Shown here one piece after another: positions 52,774 to 64,000 of a stretch of DNA of 64,000 nucleotides. Made by a program: the position numbers and the translations under genes. The notes beneath the pieces are model-generated. The model did no database searches and was not told where the DNA came from. It worked only from the letters and a program-made list of their open reading frames with translations. Source of the DNA: the human T2T-CHM13v2.0 reference genome, Homo sapiens; assembly GCF_009914755.1 (NCBI RefSeq), contig NC_060933.1. One strand, written 5' to 3'. Positions within the stretch are counted from its first letter, which is position 1. Every line of letters begins with the position of its first letter.

Positions 52774-52943
52774 CTACTCTATTTCATACCTATTAATTAC
52801 TTACCTTTATATTTTCCATATCTGACATAATTATTTTTACATTAATGGTATTTAGCTAGTTTTTGTATGACACATGACTGACAAAATTTCTTCCTTGTTT
52901 TATCTTGGGTATTTACCTCATATGCCATGTATGTATATAAACA

Positions 52944-53600
52944 TTTTATTTTGAAATAGTTTAGATTTTTATAAAAGTTGCAGAGATAACATGACACAGA
53001 GTTCATATACACCCAAGTTTTCACTATAGTTATTATCTAACATTAATATGAAATATTTGTCACAACTAATGAACTAATACTGATACATTATTAAGTAAAG
53101 CCCATACTTTATGAGGAGTTTTTCTAAGTTTTTATCTAATGTTATTTTCCTGTTACAGGATCAAATTTAGGATACCACACCACATTGTTTTGTCAATTAT
53201 CTTTAGTCTCCTCTTTGCTGGGACAGTTTCTCTGACATTTCTGGCTTTTGATGACCTTAAGATTTTTGAGGGACACTGGTTAATACTTTGTATAATTTCC
53301 TAAAATTTGGGCTTGTCTCATAATTGTTTTCATAATTAGATTGGAAATACAGGCTCTGGAGAAGAAACCACAGAGGCTACATGCTGTTATTATTATATCA
53401 TACTAAGGGTGCATGCTATCAACATGACTTATTGTTATTGATCTTGTTAAGCTTGGTCACAAGCAGAGGGAATGTTTGTCTGATTTCTTCACTGCGAAGT
53501 TATTCCCACGACCTCCACCCCCACCCCCATAATTCCTTACTGTACTCTTTGGAAGTAAATCACAATGCCTAGCCCATATTTAATGGGTGGGGAGTTAAAA
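52944..53600 (-). mobile_element. L1MC/MD-type 3' end
   Basis: ttttattttgaaatagtttagatt...aaagttgcagagata...gagttcatatacaccca. Confidence 0.7.
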
Positions 53601-54058
53601 TGCCTCAGTTTCTTATTGCTGCTATAACAAATTACCATAAACTTTAGTGGTCTAAAACAACATAAATTTATTATCTTATAGGTCTGAAGGTCAGAAGTCT
53701 GAATAGGTCTAAGGTTTTCATGGAGTTGAATTTCTTCTGGAGGCTATAAGGAAGAATCTCTATTCAAATCCTTCTTCCATCTTCAAAGCCATAGCACAGT
53801 ATCATTACATCTCTGTCTTTCTCTCTGACCCCCGGTTTCCAGTGTCACATCTCCTTCTCTTACCTTTCTGATTCCTTCTTTCTTATAAAGACCCTTGGAA
53901 TTTCATTAGGTCAACCAGATAATTCAGAAATATCTCTCACTTTAAGATCCTTAATTTAATTACATCTGCAAAGTCCCTTTTGCCTTAATTGCAGGAACAT
54001 ATTCAAAGGTTCCTACAAAGTTAGGGGAAGAAAGGGAGGCATTACCTACTTACCACAC
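53601..54058 (-). mobile_element. MLT1B/C-like LTR
   Basis: ttgctgctataacaaattaccataaactttagtggtctaaaacaacataaatttattatctta...tacatctgcaaagtcccttttgcc. Confidence 0.8.
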
Positions 54059-54129
54059 ATACTGGGTACCACACATACATTCATATATTTGCATAGATTT
54101 AATTTTTTGTTCAAAAATGTTTCATCTTT

Positions 54130-54722
54130 CAACATTTATTTTTTAAATGAATTTTACTATGTATACTTACGGTATACACTATGATGTTATGGCAGGAGTC
54201 CAAAACCTGGACCAGTACCAGTCTAAGGCCTGTTATGAACTAGGCTGCACAGCAGGAGGTGAGCGGCGAGTAAGCCAGGAAGTTTCATCTGTATTTACAG
54301 CTGCTCCCTATCACTCAAATTACTGCCTGAGCTCCGCCTCCTGTCAGATCAGTGAAGGCATTAGACTCTCATAGGAGCATGAACCCTATTGTGAACTATG
54401 CATGTGAGGGATCTAGGTTGCACACTCCTCGTGAGAATCTAATCTAATAAGGAAACTAATCTAATAACCATTGTTTCATTCTCTATCTCAGTATATCGTA
54501 CTTTTTTAGAAAACTGAGATTATGTAATATTTTTCTTTTCGTGTCTGGCTAATTTCACTTAGCATCGTGTCCTCCAGGTTTATTCATATTGTGGCAAACG
54601 GCAGGATCTTCTTTTTTAACGCTGGATAATATATCATTATATATATGTGTAAATATATATTCCGCAGTCTCTTTATTTCTTCATTCATTTGTCTATGAAT
54701 TGACACTAAGGTTGTTTTCATG
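54130..54722 (-). mobile_element. L1MA 3' end, interrupted by MER1A
   Basis: tttcacttagcatcgtgtcctccaggtttattcatattgtggcaaacggcaggatc. Confidence 0.75.
54193..54443 (+). mobile_element. MER1A (hAT-Charlie), 3'-truncated
   Basis: ggctgcacagcaggaggtgagcggcg...gagctccgcctcctgtcagatcag...gagggatctaggttg...gagaatctaat. Confidence 0.88.
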
Positions 54723-55454
54723 TCACATCTTCCAAACATAGCTTGCTTTAATTACTCAGTAAATATCTCCCAATTTCTCATATTATTGTTAGAGTTTTAA
54801 TTATGCTATCTTCCTGAAGACAAAACAAATTAGTTATTATTTTTACATTCAATAGGTGACAATTTTTTGAAATAACATGTCAACTTCTGAAGCTTTGATT
54901 CTATTTTATTTCTTCTGTTTTGTGGTTCATTTTCATACCTGCAAAAAATATTTTAGACTTCTTTTGCTATGCTTAGTGAATTTTTGAGGCTATCTAAATG
55001 ACTCATGATATTTAGATCTTTGCTATGGATTATATTTTTGTCACTATTATGTGTCTTTTTGTTTTAATTATTTCACTTTTAATTCAATGTTGTCAGATAT
55101 TAATTTCTTAATCACTGCTTTCTCATTTTGCATTTGCCTTTCTCTCTTCTCCATTTTCTTGTTAGAGTAAATTCCTCATGAAGCCATAAATGTAGCTTGA
55201 AAGAAAGGGAGTGAAGTAGGAGAAATGACTAGGAAGCTTCAGCCAACTGCTTATGTGCTTCGCTTCACCTTCTGGACCTTATTAGACCTGGTCTCACTTA
55301 TTCCATTCTGTTACATGAAAAAAAAAAAACTGCTATCAATGTCTAATTTTGTGATTTATTTGATCAGATAACATATAGCTCCTGATAGGTACCGTGATGT
55401 CCTGTGATTGTATATTTAGTGTCTGCTAGTGCCCAGTATTGGGCAGAAACTACT

Positions 55455-55592
55455 TTTTTTAAAAAACTACTTCTATTTTAGATACGGGGGTATATGTGTA
55501 GATGTGCTACATAGGAATATTGTGTGATACTGAGGTCTGGAATGTGACTCTTGTCACCCTGATAGTGAGTATAGTACCCAATAGGTAAATTT
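55455..55592 (-). mobile_element. L1PA15/16-like terminal ~140 bp
   Basis: gggggtatatgtgtagatgtgctacatagg...gtgagtatagtacccaataggta. Confidence 0.75.
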
Positions 55593-55735
55593 TCTAGGTT
55601 AGAAAGTCATAATAAATTAGCATGATCTTTCTCAAAAAATTACAGTTGCAAAATTTTGGACTTCTCTATTGGAGTGTGGCAAAGGCTTTCTCTGGCATTT
55701 ATATTTGACAACAATGCTACCGAGATCACTGCGTG

Positions 55736-55802
55736 TGCTTTGCCACGTTGCCCAAATGGGAAAAGAACAACTGCTTTGCCATGTTGCCCAAATGGGAAAA
55801 GA
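55736..55802. repeat. 36-bp tandem duplication
   Basis: tgctttgcca(c/t)gttgcccaaatgggaaaaga at 55736 and 55772. Confidence 0.92.
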
Positions 55803-56338
55803 GCTATTCTACCTACTATAGAGCCTTTTGTTTGCTTTTGTTTTGCCTCAGATATTACTGAAAATAGACAGACTTCTAGGATACATAATAAGTGAATCTG
55901 AACAATATGCCTGCATATGGTACATATTGCCTTCAAATATCAGAGGCATAACCACAAACATTTGGCCTTTTTGCATCATGTAGTAAAGCTCAGAATATTC
56001 TGTTTAGAAAAATACTCCAATATGCCCAAAACCACTGGATTCCTAGAACTTCTGCTAATATGGGAAGCCAGGAACTTTTCAGGATATATCTTCCTCTCTG
56101 TGACATGCAATCATTTACCAAGTTATATCTACATTTTTACCAAGGTATCTGGATTGCTTACTACTTTCAGTTCACCAGGAAAATTAGTGAAATATGATTA
56201 TTGTAATATTCAACTTTGTACTTTTTGAGATATTAAGATGATCAAAGATACCCCACATAACATTATAACAAAGAGAAGAGTTACCTTAACCCTTAATTAA
56301 GACAATGGAGGTATTGTGCTGCTCTTGCCATGTAGAAA

Positions 56339-57049
56339 TGAAATGGGATTTTTCTTGGCCCTGCTTTTGCTAGCCAGAATTCCACTTCTGTGGCTGGCCA
56401 GGCCTCTGCTTATTTGTTCCCATCACACTGCTCTGACCCATGGCTCCAGGGCTAGCCCAGCTCCACCCCTGCCTGGTGCCAGCAAAGGATGAGAGGGTTA
56501 CAGCTTACAGCTCCTTTCACCCCAGCTCTTTGGCACGTCCCAGGTTCTTGTCCTGTGTCCAAGAAGAATGAGACTACTCTAACAATGGAATGGTGAGGAG
56601 AGTGGAGAATAATTTTATTGAGCGGTGAAACAGCTCTCAGCAGAGAAGGGACATGAGGATGGTCCCCTCCATCCCCACCAGACACATTGGGTGATTTCTC
56701 TCCCAGTGTGGCTGGGTCTGGGCTTTTATGGGCTCAGAATGGGGGAGTGTGTGCTGATTGGTTTGTGGGTATGCAAAAAAGCTAAAACAAAGACACCACT
56801 CAAAGGTGGGCAGAACAGTAAAAAAAAAAAAAAACAATTAGGGAAGAGTAGGTACATGTAAAATAGGTGAAGTATGAGGGTCAATCACAGGAAAGTGTGC
56901 CAAACAGGAAGAGAGGTTCTCGGTCTGATCAGTGGATTTGACTTGTAGCTTGGCTTTCAGGCTTTAAATTGTCTTTGGCTTGAAGGTGGGGTTTCACTGG
57001 GGACCTGACCCTATCTGACTAGGCATTTGACTGCCTTCTGTCACTAGTA
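56339..57049 (-). mobile_element. Solo ERV1 LTR, MER50-like
   Basis: Reverse complement begins ...gacagaaggcagtcaaatgcctagtcagatagggtcaggtccccagtgaaaccccaccttcaagcc; CCAAT and cataaaa boxes, aataaa signal, ends tttCA. Confidence 0.8.
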
Positions 57050-57669
57050 AACCAAACTGCTTCTGATTATTATTCTGATATAAATAGGAATTAAAGCATA
57101 ATTTAGGTCAATAACTGCATATATTTGTGTATTAAGTATCAGATATTGCATTAATTTGTTAGAATAAGAATACTTCATCTGGAAACACAGCTGAGATTGG
57201 CATATGAATGTGTCTACATTTCCAATAACTAATCATTATTATCCATGTGCTATTTGCACTGGGCAAAATATAATTCTCATAGGGATATGGTAAGAATCAT
57301 CATCTCCTGTAACCCTCTTTAATCTCTGCAATTATCCTAGAGATGTGATATTGCTCTTGTCTTACTTTCCTGGCAAAAGTCAGTAGTTTGAAGGGTTTTC
57401 ACTTGCCCTATGTTTTATAGTAGCCCTGATTCCATAGATCGAGAAACCAATTAGGAATCTTCTCATCTTCTAGATATAACTAATTATTCCCACAACACAT
57501 TGAGAGGACCAGATAAGTAACCACAGGATGAGTCTATAATCACATTTGATTCATTGTGAGGCATACTGGTGTAAGGCTTCTGATATAGACTGAGATGTGT
57601 AAGCCTCATTATGACTAATAAAACACTGTGACATTTTGATTTCAAGGAATTAATGTCAAACCTAAGCCA

Positions 57670-58130
57670 GTTTTTGCTATTGTGAATATGCTTCTAAGAA
57701 TATCATGTGCAAGTCTTTGTGTAAATATAGGTTTTCATTTCTCTCAAATAAATACCTCATAGTAGAATTGTTGCATTAGACAGTAAAATTATGTTAAACA
57801 TTTTAAGAAACTGCCAAATCGTTTACAAAGTGATACATTATTTTATATTCTCACCACAAACATTTCAAATATTCCAATTTCTTTATATCCTTGCCATCAT
57901 TTATGTTTCATTTTATTAAAAAAACAAAAGCCATCCTAGACAGTGTGAAGTAGTATCTCATTGTAGTTTTGATTTACATTTCATTAATGGTTAATGATGT
58001 TGAATCATTAAATATGCTTATTGGTCATTAAATATGTTTATATCTTTTTTTGAGAATATCTATTCAACTTATTTGCCCATTTGTCAATTGAATTGTTTGT
58101 TTTTGAGTTGTTAGCACTCATCATAATATT
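57670..58130 (-). mobile_element. Old L1M ORF2 3' fragment
   Basis: agccatcctagacagtgtgaagtagtatctcattgtagttttgatttacatttc. Confidence 0.75.
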
Positions 58131-58139
58131 TTCAATTTG

Positions 58140-59914
58140 CAGGAAAGCAATGGTAAGAAATGAGGTATTTATAATAGAATATTTTATTACAACATAATTT
58201 TTATGAAAATTAAAATTAAAAGAGAAGCCATAATGAAAATAAGGTTTCAAGTGGCTCATTTGCTAGCCATACAATAAAAAGTATTTATTAATAGGAAGTT
58301 AGTGAACTACTGTGTGATTACAGCATCCTAAGAAATATGTCCAAAGAAATAAATTTGTGTAAGAATATAAGACTCTTAGTAAGAATAGTTCTTTAAAGGG
58401 TTTATAACACTTGGAGCAATGCCAATAGTCAATCAAAAAGCAAAGCAATTGCTTTTCTAGTTGTTTGCATTGAGTTTTAAAGAATAGAAAGTGATACTGC
58501 CCATTTATTCAGACTCAATAAATGATTAACAGATGAAGTGATTAAACAATTAGAGAGTCAGCCTCTGTTAATAGTGTATGTAGAACAATTACAGGGCAAA
58601 ATGTTTTAGGAAAAGTTGAGAAAATACTGATTTAGTATAACCTGAAGAGGAATCTGCTAAGAAGTGTTAAAATTCATGATAGTAAAAATATATGTGGGGC
58701 AGAAGAAAGGCTTAACTGGACAAATTTACAAAGATTGTGAAATTTTAAGGTGTTTAAATCCTATGGTGTTCATTGTATTATGTATCAGCAGGTATTTGGA
58801 AGAGGAAAATATTTAACATAGCATATGTTGTTAAATTAGTAGAGTCAAGGGACAATGTCATTAAGAATTGTGAACTCAACCATGATTAGCTATGTAAGTT
58901 TTTGTCATAATAGACTTAATGTACTGAGTAGCCTTACATCACAGCAGTTTCATGTCTTACCTTATAAACTTTTGTTTTAAGCTTTTGAACTTAAGGCTAA
59001 GATTGATATTTTTCTACCTATGGAGATTCATTCTCAACTACTATTATTGAACACTGAATATTTTTGGAAATTAGCTTTGCCACATGTTGATAACATTTCT
59101 TAGTGAATTTAATCTAAAATCACAAGGTAAAACAGTGTTCATGTATGAAACTTATATTGTGACAGTGTTATTTTGACAGAGATTACTGCTGTTTGAATTA
59201 CAAATAATGTCTAAGTCCTTAATACACTTTTCATGCTGTCAAAGTTAAAACAAGATGCAAAATCTCCACTCCCACAAAAAATTCAGCAAATATATTTTCA
59301 AAGTTTAAATTACATTCCAGCAACATTTTTCAGACATCAATGCAAGTGCAAATACAATTTCCATATTTCTCAATCCACTTAACTGTGTAATTGAGGAGCT
59401 TCTACTAATATTCATTTGGAAGTGATTGATCTGCAATGTGATGGTATGCTAAATGACGTACATAACAATAGAAGAGTTTAATATGTCTGTAAATGTCCTC
59501 TAAATGGAAAATATTCTCAATTAAAACCATATGCTCATAGATTGATAGCAGAATTTATCTATGAGCAAAGGCATGTTCAAAGATGACCTATGTAAAATGC
59601 GATTACAGATCAGAAGTAACACATGAAGTTTTGCAATTTATTTAATAGAAACGCTAACTTGGAACCTTAATTGAAAAACATCTGTCCAAACAATACCATT
59701 CTTCTACTTAGCAGACATGTATTGCAAAAAAATTGTATGCAAGTTTAATATATAATAAAATTATATATGTATTTATAATTTTATCAATTACAATTTTTGC
59801 ATTTCTTTCTCTCTTGTTACATAAGCATCTACATACCACTGATTTGCTTCTTAGCCTAATGAGCCTAAATTGCTTCTTATCTGGCTTTTTACAGAAAATG
59901 TTTGCTTACCCCTA
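58140..59914 (+). mobile_element. hAT-Charlie transposon fossil (Charlie7/8-like) with decayed transposase and 3' TIR
   Basis: Manual translation gives TGQNVLGKVEKILI*YNLKRNLLRSV, VHCIMYQQV, FLSEFNLKSQGK and HLEVIDLQCD; end ctggctttttacagaaaatgtttgcttacccct. Confidence 0.8.
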
Positions 59915-59929
59915 ATATATTGCTTCCTA

Positions 59930-62230
59930 CTTTTTGTGTAAGAAAAAAGGAGAAATAAGAACATGCCTATATATATCTGCAATTTTGAACCAAAGAAACT
60001 CCCACAATAGGTAACATAGAGATTAATGAAACTGGTTACCTTTAGGGTATAGGTAGAAGTGGGATGGAAAGGATCTGGGGAATCAGGGAAGATAATACTT
60101 CTTTGAATATATCTTTTTACACAGTCCTGCATTTTCAAACAATTTTAAGTTTTCATATTCTCACAAATAAATGAATACAAAGATATATAGATAAATAAAT
60201 AAATACTATCAGCAAGGATGGAAAGAAAATCCCCCAAATTTAATACAGACTCAAAACGAACAAACCTAGATATCAAATGAATAACAAAACCACATTTTTA
60301 TAGGATTAAAAACAACATTAACTCAAGTAACTTTTGAACACAGTATTAGAATTACATATCTTTATGAAAAAGACAACAAAGAACTCAGATAAGAAGCTCT
60401 AATTAGTACATTTTTCTGAAAATACTTTTTGTACATTCAAAATTTGAGCAAATAAGTAAATGTTTTTTGGATAATGGTTGCTGACTGTTAGAGTAGGGAA
60501 AGGACAAAGGATAGCAACACCTTTGGGGTTTTGCTAGATTGGGATTGGAGTTATCAGTATAACCTGATGATTTGTCTGTGTATTTTTAGATAGTATGATA
60601 TAGAACCGAATATAGATTTATTTAGGTTAATATACATTGCAAAGATTACACATATTGGATAGTTGAAAGGAATCACAAGACTCCACAGAGCATAAATATG
60701 CAGGACTTTCGCAGAGGTAAAGGATATGGTACAGCAAGAAAAGAAAATCAATCACAGGCAAGCTTTGGGGTACATAGAGACTTCCACTTACAGCTACTGA
60801 GGATCCTTTATTAGTTTCATAAGACAAGCTTTATTTCCAGGTTATGAACCACCAAGTATTGCATAATCTTTATTTTAGTAGAGCTCAGGTAGATAGCTTT
60901 AATATTTTTTTAATGCTCCATTTGTTATTTAGTCAGAATAGGCTGTCTACAAGTTTGACTAGGTATAAGCTGTCAATTTACAAATCCCTAAACAATGTAA
61001 ACTTGTTGGCCCTGAGTGTTCCTATATGTCTGGGCATGCACACATCTATGGACATGTGAATGTGAGTATACATTTTACTTCCTAATTCTGTTCCTTGAGA
61101 GGGTCTGGATGCAATGAACCTCAGTAAGAGTGAACCCAATTAGCACTCACATTTTACTTATTGAATGCTGTTCTCCCTAGAGGAGCCAGGGTTCCTTAGA
61201 TAAATGGCTTATTACCCACCTGAGGCAAAAAAAAAAAAAAAAAGCATAACATTAGCCTGGGGCATTTTCTTGTTCCAAAGAGGTGAGCTGCTGGAAGAAT
61301 GGCAACGCATATCAAAAAGAAACAAGTTAGCTTGAAGATGTCAAGTCTGGGAAAATTTGACCTATTGGACAAATCTGGGAAAATCTGAGCAGGAAAAAAC
61401 ATGTAAAACTAAAAAAAAAAATAAACAATTGAATAAAATAAGAATCAATAAATCCATAGTAATGCAAAAAAGTAAATGAATGAGTGAAACAAAGAAAGGA
61501 AGGAGGGGAAACTGATTTCTTCCAGTACATTGCCAACTAATCAAGGAGAAAAAATGATGGAAAGAGGAAAGCATAATTTGGCAACAATAATAATTGATTC
61601 AGTCAAGAATATTAATGAATACTAAAATTGGTGAGTAAATATTTGGAGAGTAACAAAATACATACGTCTTAAAAGTGTCTGCCCACAAGATATTTACTAT
61701 TTACAAAGTGTGAAATAGTGATGTAACCACAGTGAGGAAACCTGGCACTCATTACCTAGACCAAATGATTAAGGTTAAACATTGTCAATAATGGGAGTAA
61801 TCAACAGAGTGTAGCTCCTGATGTGATACACTGAGGCAAACTCAGCATCCCTTCTTTGGTATTCCTGCCAAAAATGTACAACTGGTATTTACTCATGAGG
61901 AAATATCAGACAAACCAAACTGAAGGAAGTCTTATAAAATGTGTAGTTTGTCCTGTTCAAAAATGGCAAATTCAAAAAATTTATAGGAAAAATTTAGGAA
62001 CATTTCTGTACTAAACGTGTCTAAAGAGACATGCCAAAAAACTGAATGCAATTCATGATCAGATTTTCTATTACTATAAAAGAAATTACTTGACCAACTG
62101 GCAAAACCTGAGTACAGTTTACAAATTAGATAATGGTTTTGTTCAATGCTAATTTTCTAGTTTTGATAGATACCTTGTAAGGGAATCTCTTCAAGTGATT
62201 CTCAGAAGAAAATTATGAATTTTGATGGTT
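59930..62230 (+). mobile_element. L1MC4/ME-type 3' region fragments (60620-61030 possibly a separate old LTR)
   Basis: aatgaaactggttacctttaggg; cagtgaggaaacctggcactcattacctagaccaaatgattaaggttaaacat. Confidence 0.65.
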
Positions 62231-62324
62231 ATAAGATGAAAACACAAAAATTAACACTTGTACTTGATGACAAAAAAAGAAAAATTAAAAAGATAAATGT
62301 ATTAACAAATTATATGTATGCATA

Positions 62325-62619
62325 TATTTTTGAAGACAGGGTCTTGCTCTGTTGCCCAGGTTGGAGTGTAGTGGTGCAATCACAGCTCACTGAATCCTCA
62401 ACTACCCAGGTTCAAGTGATCCTCCCACCTCAGCCTCCTGAGTAGTTGGAACTACAGTCTTGGGCTGCCATGCCCAGCTAATTGTTTTATTTTTGTAGAG
62501 ATGGGGGTCTCACTATGTTGCCTGGGTTGGTCTCAAATTCCTGGGCTCAAGTGATCCTCCTACCTTGGCCTGTCAAAGTGCACAGTGCTGAGATTAGAGG
62601 TGTGAAACACTGCTTGGCC
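62325..62619 (-). mobile_element. AluJ; TSD aacaaattatat
   Basis: gacagggtcttgctctgttgcccagg...ctgggctcaagtgatcctcc; flanking duplication. Confidence 0.92.
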
Positions 62620-64000
62620 AACAAATTATATTTTTAATAATTTAACAAATGAAGTACAAGATTTTTATTGAAAAACAATATAAAAATTTGGGCAATCCTT
62701 AATAATACATAAAATAATTACATATATGTTACATTTATGGATACAAAATACAATTTATTATTGCTGAAAGTTTTTCCTAAATTATATAAATATAACGCAA
62801 TTTCACTCAAAATCCCAGTAGCATGTTTTATAGACACAAAGAAGCCACACCACAAAAATAGCCTCATACCCTAGATGCTGTCATGAGTCTGAGTTATTTT
62901 TTGGAAGGCCAATCTCACCAATTGATGGATCTAATTGGGCAGTCCTGAATTGTGATATCACACCCTATCTTCTACATTTCAGCTATGGTAGTAAGTACCT
63001 GTATCTTCCCCTCAAAAATATCCATACATAAAAATGAGGATTCCTCCAAAGGTCAGAGAATGCCTAAACCACGCTTGTTTTTTAAACTACCTCTAAAATT
63101 GTAGGCTAATTTTATAATCAAAAAAGTATTTGAGTAGTTAGCCAATTATTCACAAAATATAAATTATGCATATATTACTTAGTTTTGGGTATTTATGGAA
63201 ACAAATAAAATGCATATTCCTGATCTTGAGATGTTTGCAAAAAATGAGGCAATTAAAATATATTAAAACATTTTTGATTCTAGAAGTTAAGGACTTCAAT
63301 CTAAACATTTATACAGAGCAGTAGAACCAAGGAGAAGTAGTATTAGATCTGTTGGGAACCACTGGATTATTTGTTTTTTATAAGGTAGCATCAAAGGTAA
63401 TAGTTGATGGATAAATGAAAATTTGCCAGACAGAAAACAAATGTGAGAACTGAAAGCTGACGTAATATATCCCAGTACATCAAGTCACAAGCTTTTTTTT
63501 TTTTTTTTGAATTTTTCCTATTAGCTTCTCAGCTAGAAATATTGCTGCAAAGTATTCAGCTCCAAAACATTTGGAGATCAGCTTTATAATTCATTATGTG
63601 AGTGCTATTAACAATGTAGGCCATCCTGCAGCTTTCAGTTTTAGCTATATGCCTTTGCAACCTAGGTTCTAAACTCATTGCTTCTCTATAGCTACAAGAG
63701 GGCATGTGCTATAAATATGTGAGTTAACATTAAATGATGTGAGTTAAAATTGCATGATTTTAAAAAAATTAATCTTATTAAGTTTAGGTGTCTCTACATT
63801 TTCCTGTTGTTAGGCAAAATCTGGCCTTCTGGATCTAATTAATCTCACATTCAGGTTTTCTCTCATCTTTATTGGTCTTAAATATTTTTGTAGATATGTA
63901 AATATATTTCAGGGATTACATACATTGTAATAAGGACCCCTTATAGGCCCTAAACCTAGTTTAAAGTACACTACTATTTATAACTATTGGTTATTTGGTT

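Noticed and set aside
55455-55592. This L1 terminal piece roughly complements the 3' end missing from the L1 at 16638
   Set aside because: It lies 39 kb away on the wrong side, the two overlap by ~20 nt, and short 3' L1 stubs are very common, so it is probably an independent insertion

Overview
AT-rich, gene-poor hominoid (human or great-ape) genomic DNA. The lineage call rests on an SVA fragment, an AluY and an L1PA3/4-type element. By eye, roughly two thirds of the window is interspersed repeat: L1s of many ages, Alus, ERV1/MaLR LTR elements, hAT/Tc2 DNA-transposon fossils and L2/MIR. I found no credible host protein-coding exon, RNA gene or CRISPR-like array. Every substantial ORF in the track is decayed L1 ORF2, antisense Alu/LTR or low-complexity sequence. 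I do not see a new biological system. The most interesting signals are structural: (i) an L1MA element that appears split by a ~26-kb intervening block with truncated elements at both ends; (ii) several templated inverted-insertion or snap-back scars, best seen at ~38.1 kb; (iii) a complete two-LTR MER61-type provirus with TSD, PBS and PPT nested in that L1; (iv) a TSD-less SVA stub, a nested duplication in an Alu, a pre-miRNA-sized hairpin and a repeat-free enhancer-like island. Repeat subfamily names come from recalled consensus sequences, not a database search, and boundaries of old repeats are approximate.
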